A stretch of DNA of 64,000 nt from Salinispira sp. (GTDB taxonomy: Bacteria > Spirochaetota > Spirochaetia > DSM-27196 > Salinispiraceae). The number at the start of each line of letters is the position of its first letter. The stretch's first letter is position 1. Of the stretch, positions 42,833 to 53,302 are shown in pieces. Location of the stretch: assembly GCA_965226555.1 (NCBI GenBank), contig CBDDDG010000021.1, positions 320,001 through 384,000 of the forward strand. Reading direction: 5' to 3'. The notes under the pieces are model-generated. The model had not been told where the DNA came from and searched no databases. It saw nothing but the letters and a program-made list of their open reading frames with translations. Both the position numbers and the translations under genes were made by a program.

Positions 42833-43279
42833 ATGGAAACAGGAAAAAGTGAATTACATATGGAGTTGCAAGCGCTAATCGGCAGTATGGGTTATGTTCT
42901 TCTGGAAGTAAAAACCGTTCACATATCAGCGGGGCGGAAAGTGTATATGGTCATACATTCCGAACAAGGTATTAGTATGGAAGATTGCGCGTTTATCAAC
43001 AAAACAATTCTTCCCCGGCTTGAGATACTATTTTCTTCACGTGAAATTACACTTGAGGTGAGTTCTCCGGGTCTGGAAAGAGAACTGGCGGGGTTTGATG
43101 AATTTATGATATTTCAGGGAAAATATGTTAGAGTTCTGCTTGAAGATTCCCGGTGGATATACGGGGTCATTGCAAAGGCAGACGAAAAAAGTCTATTCTT
43201 AAATAAAGCAGGAATTATGCGTGAAATCAGAAACGATCACATACGTAAGGCACAGTTGATCTATCGGGGAGAAAAATAG
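42833..43279 (+). CDS. rimP: Ribosome maturation factor RimP
   Basis: GI..EDC, LEVSSPGLER.L; directly upstream of nusA. Confidence 0.9.
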   Translation: METGKSELHMELQALIGSMGYVLLEVKTVHISAGRKVYMVIHSEQGISMEDCAFINKTILPRLEILFSSREITLEVSSPGLERELAGFDEFMIFQGKYVRVLLEDSRWIYGVIAKADEKSLFLNKAGIMREIRNDHIRKAQLIYRGEK

Positions 43280-44935
43280 ATGGCCTCAGACATTATAGAT
43301 GCAATTAAAGCGGTTGTTGCGGAAAAAGGTATCTCAGAAGATCTTGTTCGGCACACAATTGAGGAATTTCTCCTTGCAGCATACAAGAAAAAATACGGTG
43401 CCTCGGATAATGCGGTTATTAAATTTTCGGATGATGATGTATCGATCTATGCCCGCAAGGCGATAGTCGAAGAAGTGCTTAATCCGATAGAGGAAATCGG
43501 GCTGTCTGAAGCGCAGAAGTACAATTCAGATGCCGACATTGGCGATGAATTGCTTATCAAGATTGATCCGAAAACCTTCGATCGCTCCGCCGTTCAGAGC
43601 GCAAAACAACGAGCGCAGCAGGAACTGAGAGACATAAAAAAAGACACCCTCTATTCTGAATTCAAAAGTAAAGAGGGAGAAATGGTCATTGGGTACTATC
43701 AGCGGGAGCGGAACGGAACCATTTTTGTCGACCTCGGAAAGACTGAGGGAATTCTCCCGCGCCGCTATCAGAGCCCCCGGGAATCCTATCGAACGAATGA
43801 CAGAATCAAAGCCATGATTTATGAAGTTGAGAAATCCGCAACCGGACTTCAAATCATCCTCACACGAACTCATACTGAATTTGTTCATAAAATATTTGAA
43901 CTGGAAGTTCCCGAAATTTACGACAAAACAGTTGAAGTGTTTAAAATCGTCAGGGAGCCGGGCTACCGGACAAAAATTGCCGTGTATTCAAACCGCATCG
44001 ATGTTGATCCTGTCGGCGCCTGCGTTGGTCTGAAAGGAGTCCGCATACAATCCATTGTCCGTGAACTTGAAGGTGAAAAAATTGACATGCTGAAATTTGC
44101 CACCGATCCCCGGGAATTAATACAAAATGCGCTCAGTCCGGCTGTCGTCAGCCAAGTAGTTATTGTCGATGAAATAAAAAAGCACGCGCTCGCAATTGTT
44201 GAAGAAGATCAGCTCAGTCTTGCCATCGGTAAACAGGGCCTCAACGTACGGCTCGCAAACAGACTTGTCGACTGGAACATTGATGTTAAGACAGAAGAAC
44301 AATTTGAGGAAATGGATATTACTATTGCCAAAAAACAGGCAATAAGCGAACTGTTTAACGATGACGAGGTTGAAATTACACGAATTGCAGAACTGCCGAA
44401 TATAAGCCCCCGTCTGGTTGCAATTCTTACCCGCGATAACATTGAATACATTGAAGACCTCATGAGTCTCGATCAGGATGAAATGAAACAGCTGGCTAAC
44501 ATTACTGAAGATGACGTGGCATATATTCAGAAACTTATGAAAGATTCGCTTATTGTTGAGGATGGAAGCCCCTCCGAAGCCGAAGCTCAAGCCGCCGAAA
44601 ATACCGAAAATACTGAAGATGCCGGACATACTGAAGCTCAGAATGCGGACGGCGATAAAGGCGGGGGCGATAAAAAAGCATTGCCTGCCGAAGATGAGCC
44701 TGCGAAGGAACCTGAAGATGAAGCAGAAGATGAGATCACGTTTGTATCGGAACTTCCAGATATTCCTGAGAGGATCGTTACTGTACTTAAAGCAGAGGGA
44801 ATTGTTGAAATTATTGATCTCCTGAATATGAATGACGATGAGCTCCGTAAAATTTCGAATCTTGAAGATGAAGATATTACCCTCATTCAGGATATTATCA
44901 AAAATACCATTGAAGTTATTGAAGAGGATGAATAG
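43280..44935 (+). CDS. nusA: Transcription factor NusA
   Basis: REPGYRTKIAV, DPVGACVG.KG.RI, LSLAIGKQGLNVRLA; acidic C-terminal repeats. Confidence 0.97.
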   Translation: MASDIIDAIKAVVAEKGISEDLVRHTIEEFLLAAYKKKYGASDNAVIKFSDDDVSIYARKAIVEEVLNPIEEIGLSEAQKYNSDADIGDELLIKIDPKTFDRSAVQSAKQRAQQELRDIKKDTLYSEFKSKEGEMVIGYYQRERNGTIFVDLGKTEGILPRRYQSPRESYRTNDRIKAMIYEVEKSATGLQIILTRTHTEFVHKIFELEVPEIYDKTVEVFKIVREPGYRTKIAVYSNRIDVDPVGACVGLKGVRIQSIVRELEGEKIDMLKFATDPRELIQNALSPAVVSQVVIVDEIKKHALAIVEEDQLSLAIGKQGLNVRLANRLVDWNIDVKTEEQFEEMDITIAKKQAISELFNDDEVEITRIAELPNISPRLVAILTRDNIEYIEDLMSLDQDEMKQLANITEDDVAYIQKLMKDSLIVEDGSPSEAEAQAAENTENTEDAGHTEAQNADGDKGGGDKKALPAEDEPAKEPEDEAEDEITFVSELPDIPERIVTVLKAEGIVEIIDLLNMNDDELRKISNLEDEDITLIQDIIKNTIEVIEEDE

Positions 44936-44946
44936 GGAGCATTATC

Positions 44947-47900
44947 ATGAACCAGCAGGAACCCAAGGCGGAGCTCATAAAGCGGTCTGCAAAAGAAAAA
45001 AAACCAGCAGAACCCTCTGAGCAGGAACAAAAGTCGACGAAGAAAAAGGTAGTAGTTAAGAGAAAACCAACCGCAAAAGAATCCCCTTCCAATACCAAAA
45101 CCGCTACCAAAACCGCTCAGCGCCCATCCCGCAACCCGAACCAGGCAAAAAATACCGCAATGAAGCAGGGCGTAGTCGGCGGGAAATATGTCGGCCATCC
45201 AAGCGGCCGTAAAAATTTCGGACAATATGCAAAAGACCAAACACACAAATCCTACAAATCGAACAGGGCAAAACCCTCCGATACGAATCAGGGCTATAAT
45301 CGAAACCGCAACGACTACCGCCGCCCGGGCGGTGGAGCGAACCGTTTCGGCGGAGCGAACCGTTTCGGCGGGGGAGGGCGGGGACCAGGCTACGGCGGGG
45401 GATCCGGCTACGGCGGCGCCGGCCGCGGTTCTCCCGGCGGCTACCGCCCCTCCGGTTACGGTTCTTCCGGCGGCTACGGCGCCGGGGGCGCCGGCCGCGG
45501 TTCTTCCGGCGGACCTCCCCGCCCCGAAAGCGATGCGCGCCCATCCGGCACCGGCAAGCGATCCTTCAAGCCAAAGAAAAATACCAACAACTATCGGCGG
45601 AAAGATCGGCATCAGGAGAAGGAATTCCAATTCAAGAAAAAATCGATTGAACTGGCTAATCCCGTTCCAAAATCCATTGATATGATGGAAGTTATTACCG
45701 TTTCCGATCTGGCCCGAAAAATGAACCTGAAGGCCTCCGAGCTCATTGCCAAACTCATGGGAATGGGTATGATGGTTACCATTAACCAGCAGATCGATGC
45801 GGACACTGCCGGCATACTCGCTTCCGAATATCATTGTGAAGTGAAAATCGTATCCCTTTACGATGAAACACTTATTGAAACAGAAGAAGATCATGACCAT
45901 CAACTTCAGCCCCGCCCCCCCATTGTTACGGTTATGGGACACGTTGATCATGGGAAAACAAAACTCCTCGACACCATTCGTTCCAGTAATGTCATTGGCG
46001 ATGAATCGGGCGGAATTACCCAGCACATCGGCGCGTATCAGGTGGAATCATCAGGGAATAGCATTACCTTTCTCGATACTCCCGGGCACGAAGCCTTTAC
46101 GCTCATGCGATCCCGCGGCGCTCAGGTAACCGATATTGTTGTTCTTGTTGTGGCGGCGGATGATGGTGTTATGCCCCAGACAGTTGAGGCAATTCATCAT
46201 GCTCAGGATGCCGATGTGCCGATTATTGTTGCGGTAAATAAGGTTGACCTTCCCAATGCGAATGTTGACAAGGTGAAACAGCAACTTTCCGAGCACAAAC
46301 TTCTTGCTGAAGATTGGGGCGGCGATACGATGTTTCATGAAATTTCCGCGCTCAAAAATGAAGGAATATCGGAGCTCCTTGAAAACATCATTATTCAGGC
46401 AGAACTCATGGAGTTGCGGGCAAACCCCGATGCCCGCGCCGAGGGACGAATCATTGAATCGAGAATTGATCCCGGCAGGGGGACAATTGTAACCATTCTC
46501 ATTGAACGGGGAAAGTTGCGCGTTGGCGATAATTTCCTCGCGGGCGTATACCCCGGGCGCATTAGAGCAATGTTTAATGACAGAGGACAGGAACTCAATG
46601 CCGCCGGGCCCTCCATGCCGGTTGAAATAACCGGTCTTTCCGGTATTCCGAACACGGGCGATCCCTTTCAGGCGACCGAGTCCGAAAAGAAGGCCCGTCA
46701 GGTTGGCGGAAAGCGGCAGGAACTTAAAAAACTTGAAGCCGCAAAAAATGTTAAAAAAATCACCCTCAACAATCTCTACACCAGCATTCAGGAAGGAGAA
46801 ATTCAGGAAGCAAAAATAATTATTAAGGGAGATGTTCAAGGGTCGGTAGAGGCCATTCAAGGCTCATTGGAAAAACTTTCCACATCGGAAATTCGCATTC
46901 AGGTTATTCATTCCGGAGCTGGAGCAATTAACGATTCCGATGTTAACCTCGCCGTTGTTTCACAGGCAATAATCATTGGTTTTCATGTGCGGCCGACAAA
47001 CCATGCGCAGATCCTTGCCGATCGGGAAAAGGTCGAAATTCGTAAGTACAGCGTCATTTACGATGTTATTGAAGATATTCGATCGGTTATGGAAGGAATG
47101 CTGAGCCCCGAACTGAAGGAAGAGAACATCGGTACGGTCGAGATTCGCGAAACCTTCAAAGTTCCCCGCATAGGTATTGTTGCCGGCTGCTTTGTTTCTC
47201 AGGGAGTCGTTAAACGAAACAGCAGGGCACGGCTGTACCGCGAGGGTGTGGAAATTTTTAATGGAACGATGAACAGCCTGAAGCGTTTCAAGGACGATGC
47301 TAAGGAGGTCGCTAAGGGCTATGAGTGCGGTATTGGACTGAAAGATCATAGCGATATAAAAGTTGGCGACATTCTTGAGATTTTCGAAATGAAGGAAATT
47401 GCCCGTAAGCTCGGTAAGCCTCTTGTTGAAATTGAAGCAGAAAAGAAAGAATCGGGTAAGAGTAAGGCCAATGCTGCGGATAAGGTTGCGGCTAAGAGTA
47501 CGCCTAAGAGTACGGCTGCGCCTACGAGTACGGCTGCGGCGAAGAGTACGGCTGAGGCTACGAATACGGATACGGCTAAGAATACGGCTGCGGCTAAGAA
47601 TACGGCTACGGCTAAGAGTACGGATAAGGCGAAGAGTACGGCTGCGCCTAAGAATACGGCTGCGGCTAAGAGTACGGCTGCGGCTACGAATACGGCTGAG
47701 GCTAAGAGTACGGCTGAGGCTAAGAGTGCGGCTGAGGCTAAGAATACGGCTGTGGCGAAGAGTACGGCTGAGGCTACGAATACGGATAAGGCGAAGAGTA
47801 CGGCTGCGGCGAAGAGTACGGCTGCGGCTAAGAATACGGCTGCGGCTAAGAATACGGCTGTGGCTACGAGTACGGATACGGCTGCGCCTAAGAATACGGA

Positions 47901-48975
47901 TAAGAGTGCGGCTAAAAGTACGGCTAAGAGTACGGCTGCGCCTACGAGTACGGCTACGGCTAAGAGTGCGGCTGCGGCTAAAAATACGGCTGTGGCTAAG
48001 GCTAAGAGTACGGATAAGGCGAAGGTTGCGGATAAGGCTAAGAGTACGGCTGCGGATAAGAATACGGCTGTGGCTACGAGTACGGATACGGCTGCGCCTA
48101 AGAATACGGATAAGAGTGCGGCTAAAAGTACGGCTAAGAGTACGGATACGGCTAAGAGTACGGCTGCGGCTAAGAATACGGCTGTGGCGAAGAGTACGGC
48201 TGAGGCTACGAATACGGATACGGCTAAGAATACGGCTGCGGCTACGAATACGGCTGAGGCTAAGAGTACGGATACGGCTAAGAGTACGGCTGCGCCTAAG
48301 AATACGGCTGCGGCTACGAATACGGCTGCGGCTACGAATACGGATACGGCTAAGAATACGGCTGCGGCTAAGAGTACGGCTGCGGTTAAGAATACGGCTG
48401 CGGCTACGAGTACGGCTGCGGCTAAGAATACGGCTGCGGCTAAGAGTACGGCTGCGGCTACGAATACGGATACGGCTAAGAATACGGCTGAGGCTAAGAG
48501 TACGGATACGGCTAAGAGTACGGCTGCGGTTAAGAATACGGCTGCGGCTACGAGTACGGCTGCGGCTAAGAATACGGCTGCGGCTAAGAATACGGCTGCG
48601 GCTAAGAGTACGGCTGAGGCTACGAATACGGATACGGCTAAGAATACGGCTGAGGCTAAGAGTACGGATACGGCTAAGAGTACGGCTGCGCCTAAGAATA
48701 CGGATAAGAGTACGGCTGCGGCTAAGAATACGGCTGCGGATAAGAGTACGGCTGCGGCTACGAGTACGGATACGGCTAAGAGTACGGCTGCGCCTAAGAA
48801 TACGGCTGAGGCTAAGAATACGGCTGAGGCTAAGAATACGGCTGCGGCTAAGAATACGGCTGCGGCTAAGAGTACGGCTGCGGCTAAGAGTACGGCTGAG
48901 GCTAAGAATACGGCTGCGCCTAAGAATACGGCTAAGGCGAAGAGTACGGATAAGGCTAAGAGTACGGGAGAATGA
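44947..48975 (+). CDS. infB: Translation initiation factor IF-2 with a ~520-aa repetitive C-terminal tail
   Basis: GHVDHGKT, DTPGH, NKVD; SLKRFKDD.KEV..G.ECGI then A/K/S/N/T repeats. Confidence 0.95.
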   Translation: MNQQEPKAELIKRSAKEKKPAEPSEQEQKSTKKKVVVKRKPTAKESPSNTKTATKTAQRPSRNPNQAKNTAMKQGVVGGKYVGHPSGRKNFGQYAKDQTHKSYKSNRAKPSDTNQGYNRNRNDYRRPGGGANRFGGANRFGGGGRGPGYGGGSGYGGAGRGSPGGYRPSGYGSSGGYGAGGAGRGSSGGPPRPESDARPSGTGKRSFKPKKNTNNYRRKDRHQEKEFQFKKKSIELANPVPKSIDMMEVITVSDLARKMNLKASELIAKLMGMGMMVTINQQIDADTAGILASEYHCEVKIVSLYDETLIETEEDHDHQLQPRPPIVTVMGHVDHGKTKLLDTIRSSNVIGDESGGITQHIGAYQVESSGNSITFLDTPGHEAFTLMRSRGAQVTDIVVLVVAADDGVMPQTVEAIHHAQDADVPIIVAVNKVDLPNANVDKVKQQLSEHKLLAEDWGGDTMFHEISALKNEGISELLENIIIQAELMELRANPDARAEGRIIESRIDPGRGTIVTILIERGKLRVGDNFLAGVYPGRIRAMFNDRGQELNAAGPSMPVEITGLSGIPNTGDPFQATESEKKARQVGGKRQELKKLEAAKNVKKITLNNLYTSIQEGEIQEAKIIIKGDVQGSVEAIQGSLEKLSTSEIRIQVIHSGAGAINDSDVNLAVVSQAIIIGFHVRPTNHAQILADREKVEIRKYSVIYDVIEDIRSVMEGMLSPELKEENIGTVEIRETFKVPRIGIVAGCFVSQGVVKRNSRARLYREGVEIFNGTMNSLKRFKDDAKEVAKGYECGIGLKDHSDIKVGDILEIFEMKEIARKLGKPLVEIEAEKKESGKSKANAADKVAAKSTPKSTAAPTSTAAAKSTAEATNTDTAKNTAAAKNTATAKSTDKAKSTAAPKNTAAAKSTAAATNTAEAKSTAEAKSAAEAKNTAVAKSTAEATNTDKAKSTAAAKSTAAAKNTAAAKNTAVATSTDTAAPKNTDKSAAKSTAKSTAAPTSTATAKSAAAAKNTAVAKAKSTDKAKVADKAKSTAADKNTAVATSTDTAAPKNTDKSAAKSTAKSTDTAKSTAAAKNTAVAKSTAEATNTDTAKNTAAATNTAEAKSTDTAKSTAAPKNTAAATNTAAATNTDTAKNTAAAKSTAAVKNTAAATSTAAAKNTAAAKSTAAATNTDTAKNTAEAKSTDTAKSTAAVKNTAAATSTAAAKNTAAAKNTAAAKSTAEATNTDTAKNTAEAKSTDTAKSTAAPKNTDKSTAAAKNTAADKSTAAATSTDTAKSTAAPKNTAEAKNTAEAKNTAAAKNTAAAKSTAAAKSTAEAKNTAAPKNTAKAKSTDKAKSTGE
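47480..48966 (+). repeat. ~1.5-kb tandem array of mostly 18-bp units (gctaagaatacggctgcg) built from hexamers
   Basis: Directly visible; encodes AKNTAA/AKSTAE-type units. Confidence 0.97.
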
Positions 48976-48979
48976 GTAC

Positions 48980-49669
48980 TTATTGCATCGTGTAACGAAG
49001 ATGCGGAGTATAACCGGCTGGAATGAGAATGCGCTGTTCGTCTTCGGAGCTGAGTTCAATACCCTTTTCTGTGCGCTGTATAACAGTGAAACAGTCGCCG
49101 AGTTTTATATTGTTTTCATAAATAAAGCTCAACAATCCTTCTGTTTCTTCCCCCTCTTCACTTATTCTCATAAGAATAAAGGTATCCTGCGGTTTAAGTA
49201 ATTGAATAGATGGAGCATTGAGTATTTCCTGCTCCCCGGGACTTCCCGGTATTGGGTTCCCATGAGGGCAGGTCTGTGGTCTTCCCAGTACTTCATACAT
49301 TTTTTCAGCGAATTTATCGGAAATGTTATTTTGGAGATGCTTTGCTTCTTCATCTATCTCATCCCAGGTCATATTGAGGTTTTTCAGGAGAAAATGTTCA
49401 AGAAGATAATGCCGACGGAGCATTTTTACCGCAAAGTCTTCTCCGTCTTTTGTCAGAGCGATATCACCGTAGCGTTCCTGGGAAAGATATCCGAGGATTT
49501 TCAGGCGCTTAACAGCCTGACTTACCGCGGGGCGGCTCACTTTGAGCCATGAAGCAATACGTGAATTTGTTATTATTCCATCATCCCTGCGAATAAGGTA
49601 CATGGCGGCGAGATAATCGCTTGCGGCAGGGAAGCTTTGGAGAATTTCACGGTATTCCATAAGCGCCAT
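48980..49669 (-). CDS. DtxR/MntR-family metal-dependent regulator with FeoA-like C-terminus
   Basis: DYL..MY, HTH IA..L.VS.PAVS, RRH.LLE.FL, EA..L, P.TCPHGNPIP. Confidence 0.92.
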   Translation of the reverse strand: MALMEYREILQSFPAASDYLAAMYLIRRDDGIITNSRIASWLKVSRPAVSQAVKRLKILGYLSQERYGDIALTKDGEDFAVKMLRRHYLLEHFLLKNLNMTWDEIDEEAKHLQNNISDKFAEKMYEVLGRPQTCPHGNPIPGSPGEQEILNAPSIQLLKPQDTFILMRISEEGEETEGLLSFIYENNIKLGDCFTVIQRTEKGIELSSEDEQRILIPAGYTPHLRYTMQ

Positions 49670-49710
49670 TGTATCATTATCTACACGTTTTGAAAACTTT
49701 TATCAATTTT

Positions 49711-50961
49711 GGGATATTAAGGTTTGAACAGACCCCCACTTTGACCTATTATGCGATCATTTCTTCCGAGTGCCAAGCCCTCCATCGCTCAAGCGTCGGT
49801 CGTGTGAGCCGTTGCTCCATTATGATCGGCTTGAGCCGGAGAATATCACTATCCACATTGGTATTCCGTTGCCTCAAAAGATCCAGCGGAGTCCCTTTTC
49901 GGTAGGTGTTGAACCGCCGGTAATTGAAATCTATCTGATACTCCTCGGCTTCCTTAAGAAACTCATTGAGCTTTGGATTCATCACCTGACTGTAGAACTC
50001 ATCCTCAATGAGCCGGTGCGAGGACTCGACAGAACTGTTCCATGTGCACTGCCCGGGCGGAATACGCCGATACTCGACACCCGCCTGTATGAGCGCCTGC
50101 TCAAACCCCGACGTTCGGGTCTTGCTCAGATGCCGAACGGTGAACTCTGCCCCGTTATCGGTCTGAACCGTTATGCCGTTGACAAGGTCTCCGCCGCGAT
50201 TCCGCAGGTGCTCCAGCAGGTACTCGGCGAACAAGGTTGTTACCATACTGCTCTTCTCATTGGCGAAGGCGTACCACAGAGCCCCTGTCGCCCGATCCCG
50301 GGCGGTTATCTGGTACTTCGGAACGTCTAAACACTTCTGAGAAAACCGCATAGCGGGAATGTCCGTCAGATACTTGATATCAATCTGAATGCACTCGCCG
50401 AACTTCATCCTGTCGGTTACCTCCCGCAAATCTCTCTTGGGTAGCGCCTTCGGCTTCTTTGTTTTCCGCGCCCCTATCTGCTTTAGCGTCTTGATAATCG
50501 TCGGCAGGCTGTACTTCCCGCCAACTTCCGTCTGCAACTGCTTTTGCACCTGAGTTCCAATGATTTTGTTGTGATTCCGATTCTTGGTCTGGACAAGACT
50601 CTCGAGATGACACCGGTGCCCGAATTTCATCTTCATCGGATGATTGGTCGTGCCCCGCTTCTTGTCTTCAAGCCCCTCGCCGGATTCAAAGCGCCGAACC
50701 CACCGTCGCACCGTGTTGCGCGACACCTCGAACTCCCGAGCAGCCGCCTTGATCGAATGCTCCTGGGCATACCGAACCATCCGCAACTGCCAATCATACA
50801 TCGAAGCCGCCTGATACTTCCGAGACTTGAGATGATACTGAGAATATGTGATACTACTGTTCACTGTTTCCCTCCTTTTATGTTTTATACAACCCCCAGT
50901 GTATACGAATAACCTTCGTTTTACACTGGGGAGGAGGGGTCTGTCCAAAGGTTTATATCCC
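49711..50961 (-). mobile_element. IS481-like insertion sequence with a 17-bp target duplication
   Basis: Imperfect IRs gggatattaaggtttgaacagacccc / ggggtctgtccaaaggtttatatccc; aaacttttatcaatttt at 49694-49710 and 50962-50978. Confidence 0.88.
49749..50864 (-). CDS. DDE (rve) transposase, IS481-like
   Basis: HTH AAREFEVSRNTVRRW; QIDIK, QTDNGAEF, N..VESSH; RBS aggagg before GTG. Confidence 0.9.
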   Translation of the reverse strand: MNSSITYSQYHLKSRKYQAASMYDWQLRMVRYAQEHSIKAAAREFEVSRNTVRRWVRRFESGEGLEDKKRGTTNHPMKMKFGHRCHLESLVQTKNRNHNKIIGTQVQKQLQTEVGGKYSLPTIIKTLKQIGARKTKKPKALPKRDLREVTDRMKFGECIQIDIKYLTDIPAMRFSQKCLDVPKYQITARDRATGALWYAFANEKSSMVTTLFAEYLLEHLRNRGGDLVNGITVQTDNGAEFTVRHLSKTRTSGFEQALIQAGVEYRRIPPGQCTWNSSVESSHRLIEDEFYSQVMNPKLNEFLKEAEEYQIDFNYRRFNTYRKGTPLDLLRQRNTNVDSDILRLKPIIMEQRLTRPTLERWRAWHSEEMIA

Positions 50962-51129
50962 AAACTTTTATCAATTTTCTCTTGATTATCAGCATAAACT
51001 AATTTATACTGTCACTTCATCATCTTTCTGTCCTCTTGGTAGTGTATTTTTTCTCTATATGCGCGCTATCTCAGAGGGCAGGGAGGTGGTGTACGTATGG
51101 TTGAATTCGCCATTCGGTGGATGTTGTGA

Positions 51130-51158
51130 TTGACAAGTTTTCTGATCGCAATTATACT
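51130..51158 (+). promoter_or_regulatory. Near-consensus sigma70 promoter upstream of the lipoprotein gene
   Basis: TTGACA-17 bp-TATACT. Confidence 0.7.
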
Positions 51159-51223
51159 GGCTTTATCATTTGAGACAGTTGCTGTGCAACGATCTCAATT
51201 ATATGACCTTGGAGGTAACATAT

Positions 51224-52828
51224 ATGAAAATTAAAGGAATAACCTTTTGTATTTTCTGCGCAATATCCATTGCGTTGATTTCTGGATGCCCAACACCAGA
51301 ACCGGAACCCGGGCCAACTGCGCCGCCTGTTATGTCTGCTCCGACTCTCACAGCGGGAAACGGACAACTTACAGCCTCATGGATTGATCCGACTACATGG
51401 AATTGGGGAGATAACAAAGCGGTCAACGCTATTACCTCGTACAATCTGCGCTATCGGGAAGTCGGCAGCGAGAGCTGGACGGAGATTAACTCCGGTATAA
51501 CCGGCACAAGCCACACCATTACCGAACTGACAAACGGCGACACCTACCACGTGCAGGTGCGCGCCATCAACGCTCAGGGCACTGGCGGCTGGTCGGCATC
51601 TGCCACAGCAACACCTATTGCGCCGCCAACTGCGCCCCCTGTCGCGCCGGGCACAATGGCTGCTCCAACCCTTGAAGTGGGGAATGGACAGCTCATTGCG
51701 ACATGGACTGCGCCGGAAAATGATGGCGGCAGCCCCATTACCGGGTATGAACTGCAATATCGCACAGATGCTGGAGCATGGACGCGCATTAGCTCCGGCA
51801 TTGCCTGCGAAAACAGCGAGGGGCAGACAGAAGTCTGTCATTTTTCCTTCTCATCGTACTCTTCCTACACAATTCACAGCATTACGGCAGACGGCGCCAA
51901 CTACCAACTACAGGTACGCGCCGTCAACGCGCAGGGCAGTGGCGAATGGTCTGCAACAGCAATGTTGCTTTTTGCAACGCAGGTTCCTGCGGGCGAGGCA
52001 GCGGTCGCAATTTTTCCGGCTGATATTGATAACCCCATTGCCCCTGAAATTGTCACTGAGCTCAGCATTTCTTTGACCGCGGTGGGGGCGAGCAATATCA
52101 TCACGGTCGGTGATGGAGACATTACGTCGGTCACCTCCGTAGCGACGCCCAATGGAGTTACCCCGCCGACTGTTGATTCGAGCAGCGGACTTATTACGCT
52201 TACGGTTACCGCAGATACAACGGCAGGAACATATGTGATATATGACAACAATGCAACCGGAACCGATGGTCTCCTCTTTGCCGAATATTTCTTTGTTACT
52301 GAGAGTCCTCAAGATAAAACTCAACTGCAAACACGGGTAACTGAGGGTATAGATACTTGGGGCAATACTGGTAATTTCAACTACATCATTACCGCTACAG
52401 TAACGGATATGTCTAGCATTTTCAATAGTAAAACCTCATTCAATGGCGATATCTCCGGCTGGGATGTCAGCGCGGTAACGAATATGTTTCAGATGTTCAA
52501 TAACGCAAGCGCATTCAATGGCGATATCTCCGCTTGGGATGTCGGTTCGGTAACGATTACAACCCAGATGTTCAATAGCGCTGCTACATTCAATACCGAT
52601 ATCTCCGGCTGGGATGTCGGCTCTTTAACGACTATGCCCTTTATGTTCAATTCTGCAATCGCATTCAATGTCGATCTTGAGGAGTGGAAGGATCATTGGA
52701 CGCTTGATGGCGATGGAAAATATACCGGAACCATAGTAAGTATGTTTGATGGTTCCGGTGTGGTGTCGAATACGGACGGGTCGGATATGAGTAAGCCTAC
52801 AGGTGTTGGTACTCCATCATGGTATTAG
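51224..52828 (+). CDS. Surface lipoprotein with 2 FN3 domains and 4 DUF285/BspA-like repeats (paralog of 3425-5413)
   Basis: RBS ggaggt; lipobox LISGC; same C-terminus VGTPSWY. Confidence 0.9.
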   Translation: MKIKGITFCIFCAISIALISGCPTPEPEPGPTAPPVMSAPTLTAGNGQLTASWIDPTTWNWGDNKAVNAITSYNLRYREVGSESWTEINSGITGTSHTITELTNGDTYHVQVRAINAQGTGGWSASATATPIAPPTAPPVAPGTMAAPTLEVGNGQLIATWTAPENDGGSPITGYELQYRTDAGAWTRISSGIACENSEGQTEVCHFSFSSYSSYTIHSITADGANYQLQVRAVNAQGSGEWSATAMLLFATQVPAGEAAVAIFPADIDNPIAPEIVTELSISLTAVGASNIITVGDGDITSVTSVATPNGVTPPTVDSSSGLITLTVTADTTAGTYVIYDNNATGTDGLLFAEYFFVTESPQDKTQLQTRVTEGIDTWGNTGNFNYIITATVTDMSSIFNSKTSFNGDISGWDVSAVTNMFQMFNNASAFNGDISAWDVGSVTITTQMFNSAATFNTDISGWDVGSLTTMPFMFNSAIAFNVDLEEWKDHWTLDGDGKYTGTIVSMFDGSGVVSNTDGSDMSKPTGVGTPSWY

Positions 52829-52871
52829 TTTCATAGCCCCCAGCGGTTATTGAAAAGTGACAAGTCAACTC

Positions 52872-52909
52872 AGGCAGGCACGGAAAAAAAATCCGTGCCT
52901 GCCTTTTTT
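52872..52909 (+). terminator. Intrinsic terminator
   Basis: aggcaggcacgga/tccgtgcctgcct followed by a T-run. Confidence 0.85.
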
Positions 52910-52913
52910 CGAT

Positions 52914-53010
52914 TGCTCGCCATGCGTCTGTTGCTGAGGCGGGGGGGCTGGTCGCGCTGCTCGCCATGCAGCCGGGCTGGTCGGAGGCTTGCGTCCGGCT
53001 CGCTTATGCG
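52914..53010 (+). repeat. Degenerate tandem copies of the GC hairpin element
   Basis: tgctcgccatgcgtc; gggctggtc...ctgctcgccatgcagccggg; ctggtcggaggcttgcgtccggctcgcttatgcg. Confidence 0.75.
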
Positions 53011-53302
53011 CGCTCAATTTTCGGGCTATATCTTACGCAGTCAGTCGGATATCGCCATAAACGCGCTATCCTGAGCGCACCCCTTCCCGTCCACTCACCC
53101 GCATTTCAGAGCCCTCCCCTCCCGTAGCCCCAAAAAAATCACACATTTTGCAAAATTCTTTCAAATTCTCTCAAAAAACATAGTCAAAAATGACTTTTTA
53201 CCCGTTATAGATATAGAGGGGAGAATTCACCATGGGACCATGTCGCCATGGGAACTCCCCTATTCAGAAAGAAACGTTCAGAAAAACCTTCAGGAGGATT
53301 GT

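Noticed and set aside
46960..49201. 600-aa Arg/hydrophobic alternating ORF (+) and 699-aa Ser/Arg ORF (-) across the infB array
   Set aside because: They follow from a hexamer repeat lacking stops in those frames; no convincing RBS; they overlap infB and the regulator gene
3425..52828. Diversity-generating retroelement behind lipoprotein variation
   Set aside because: No reverse transcriptase and no template/variable pair with adenine-only differences was seen
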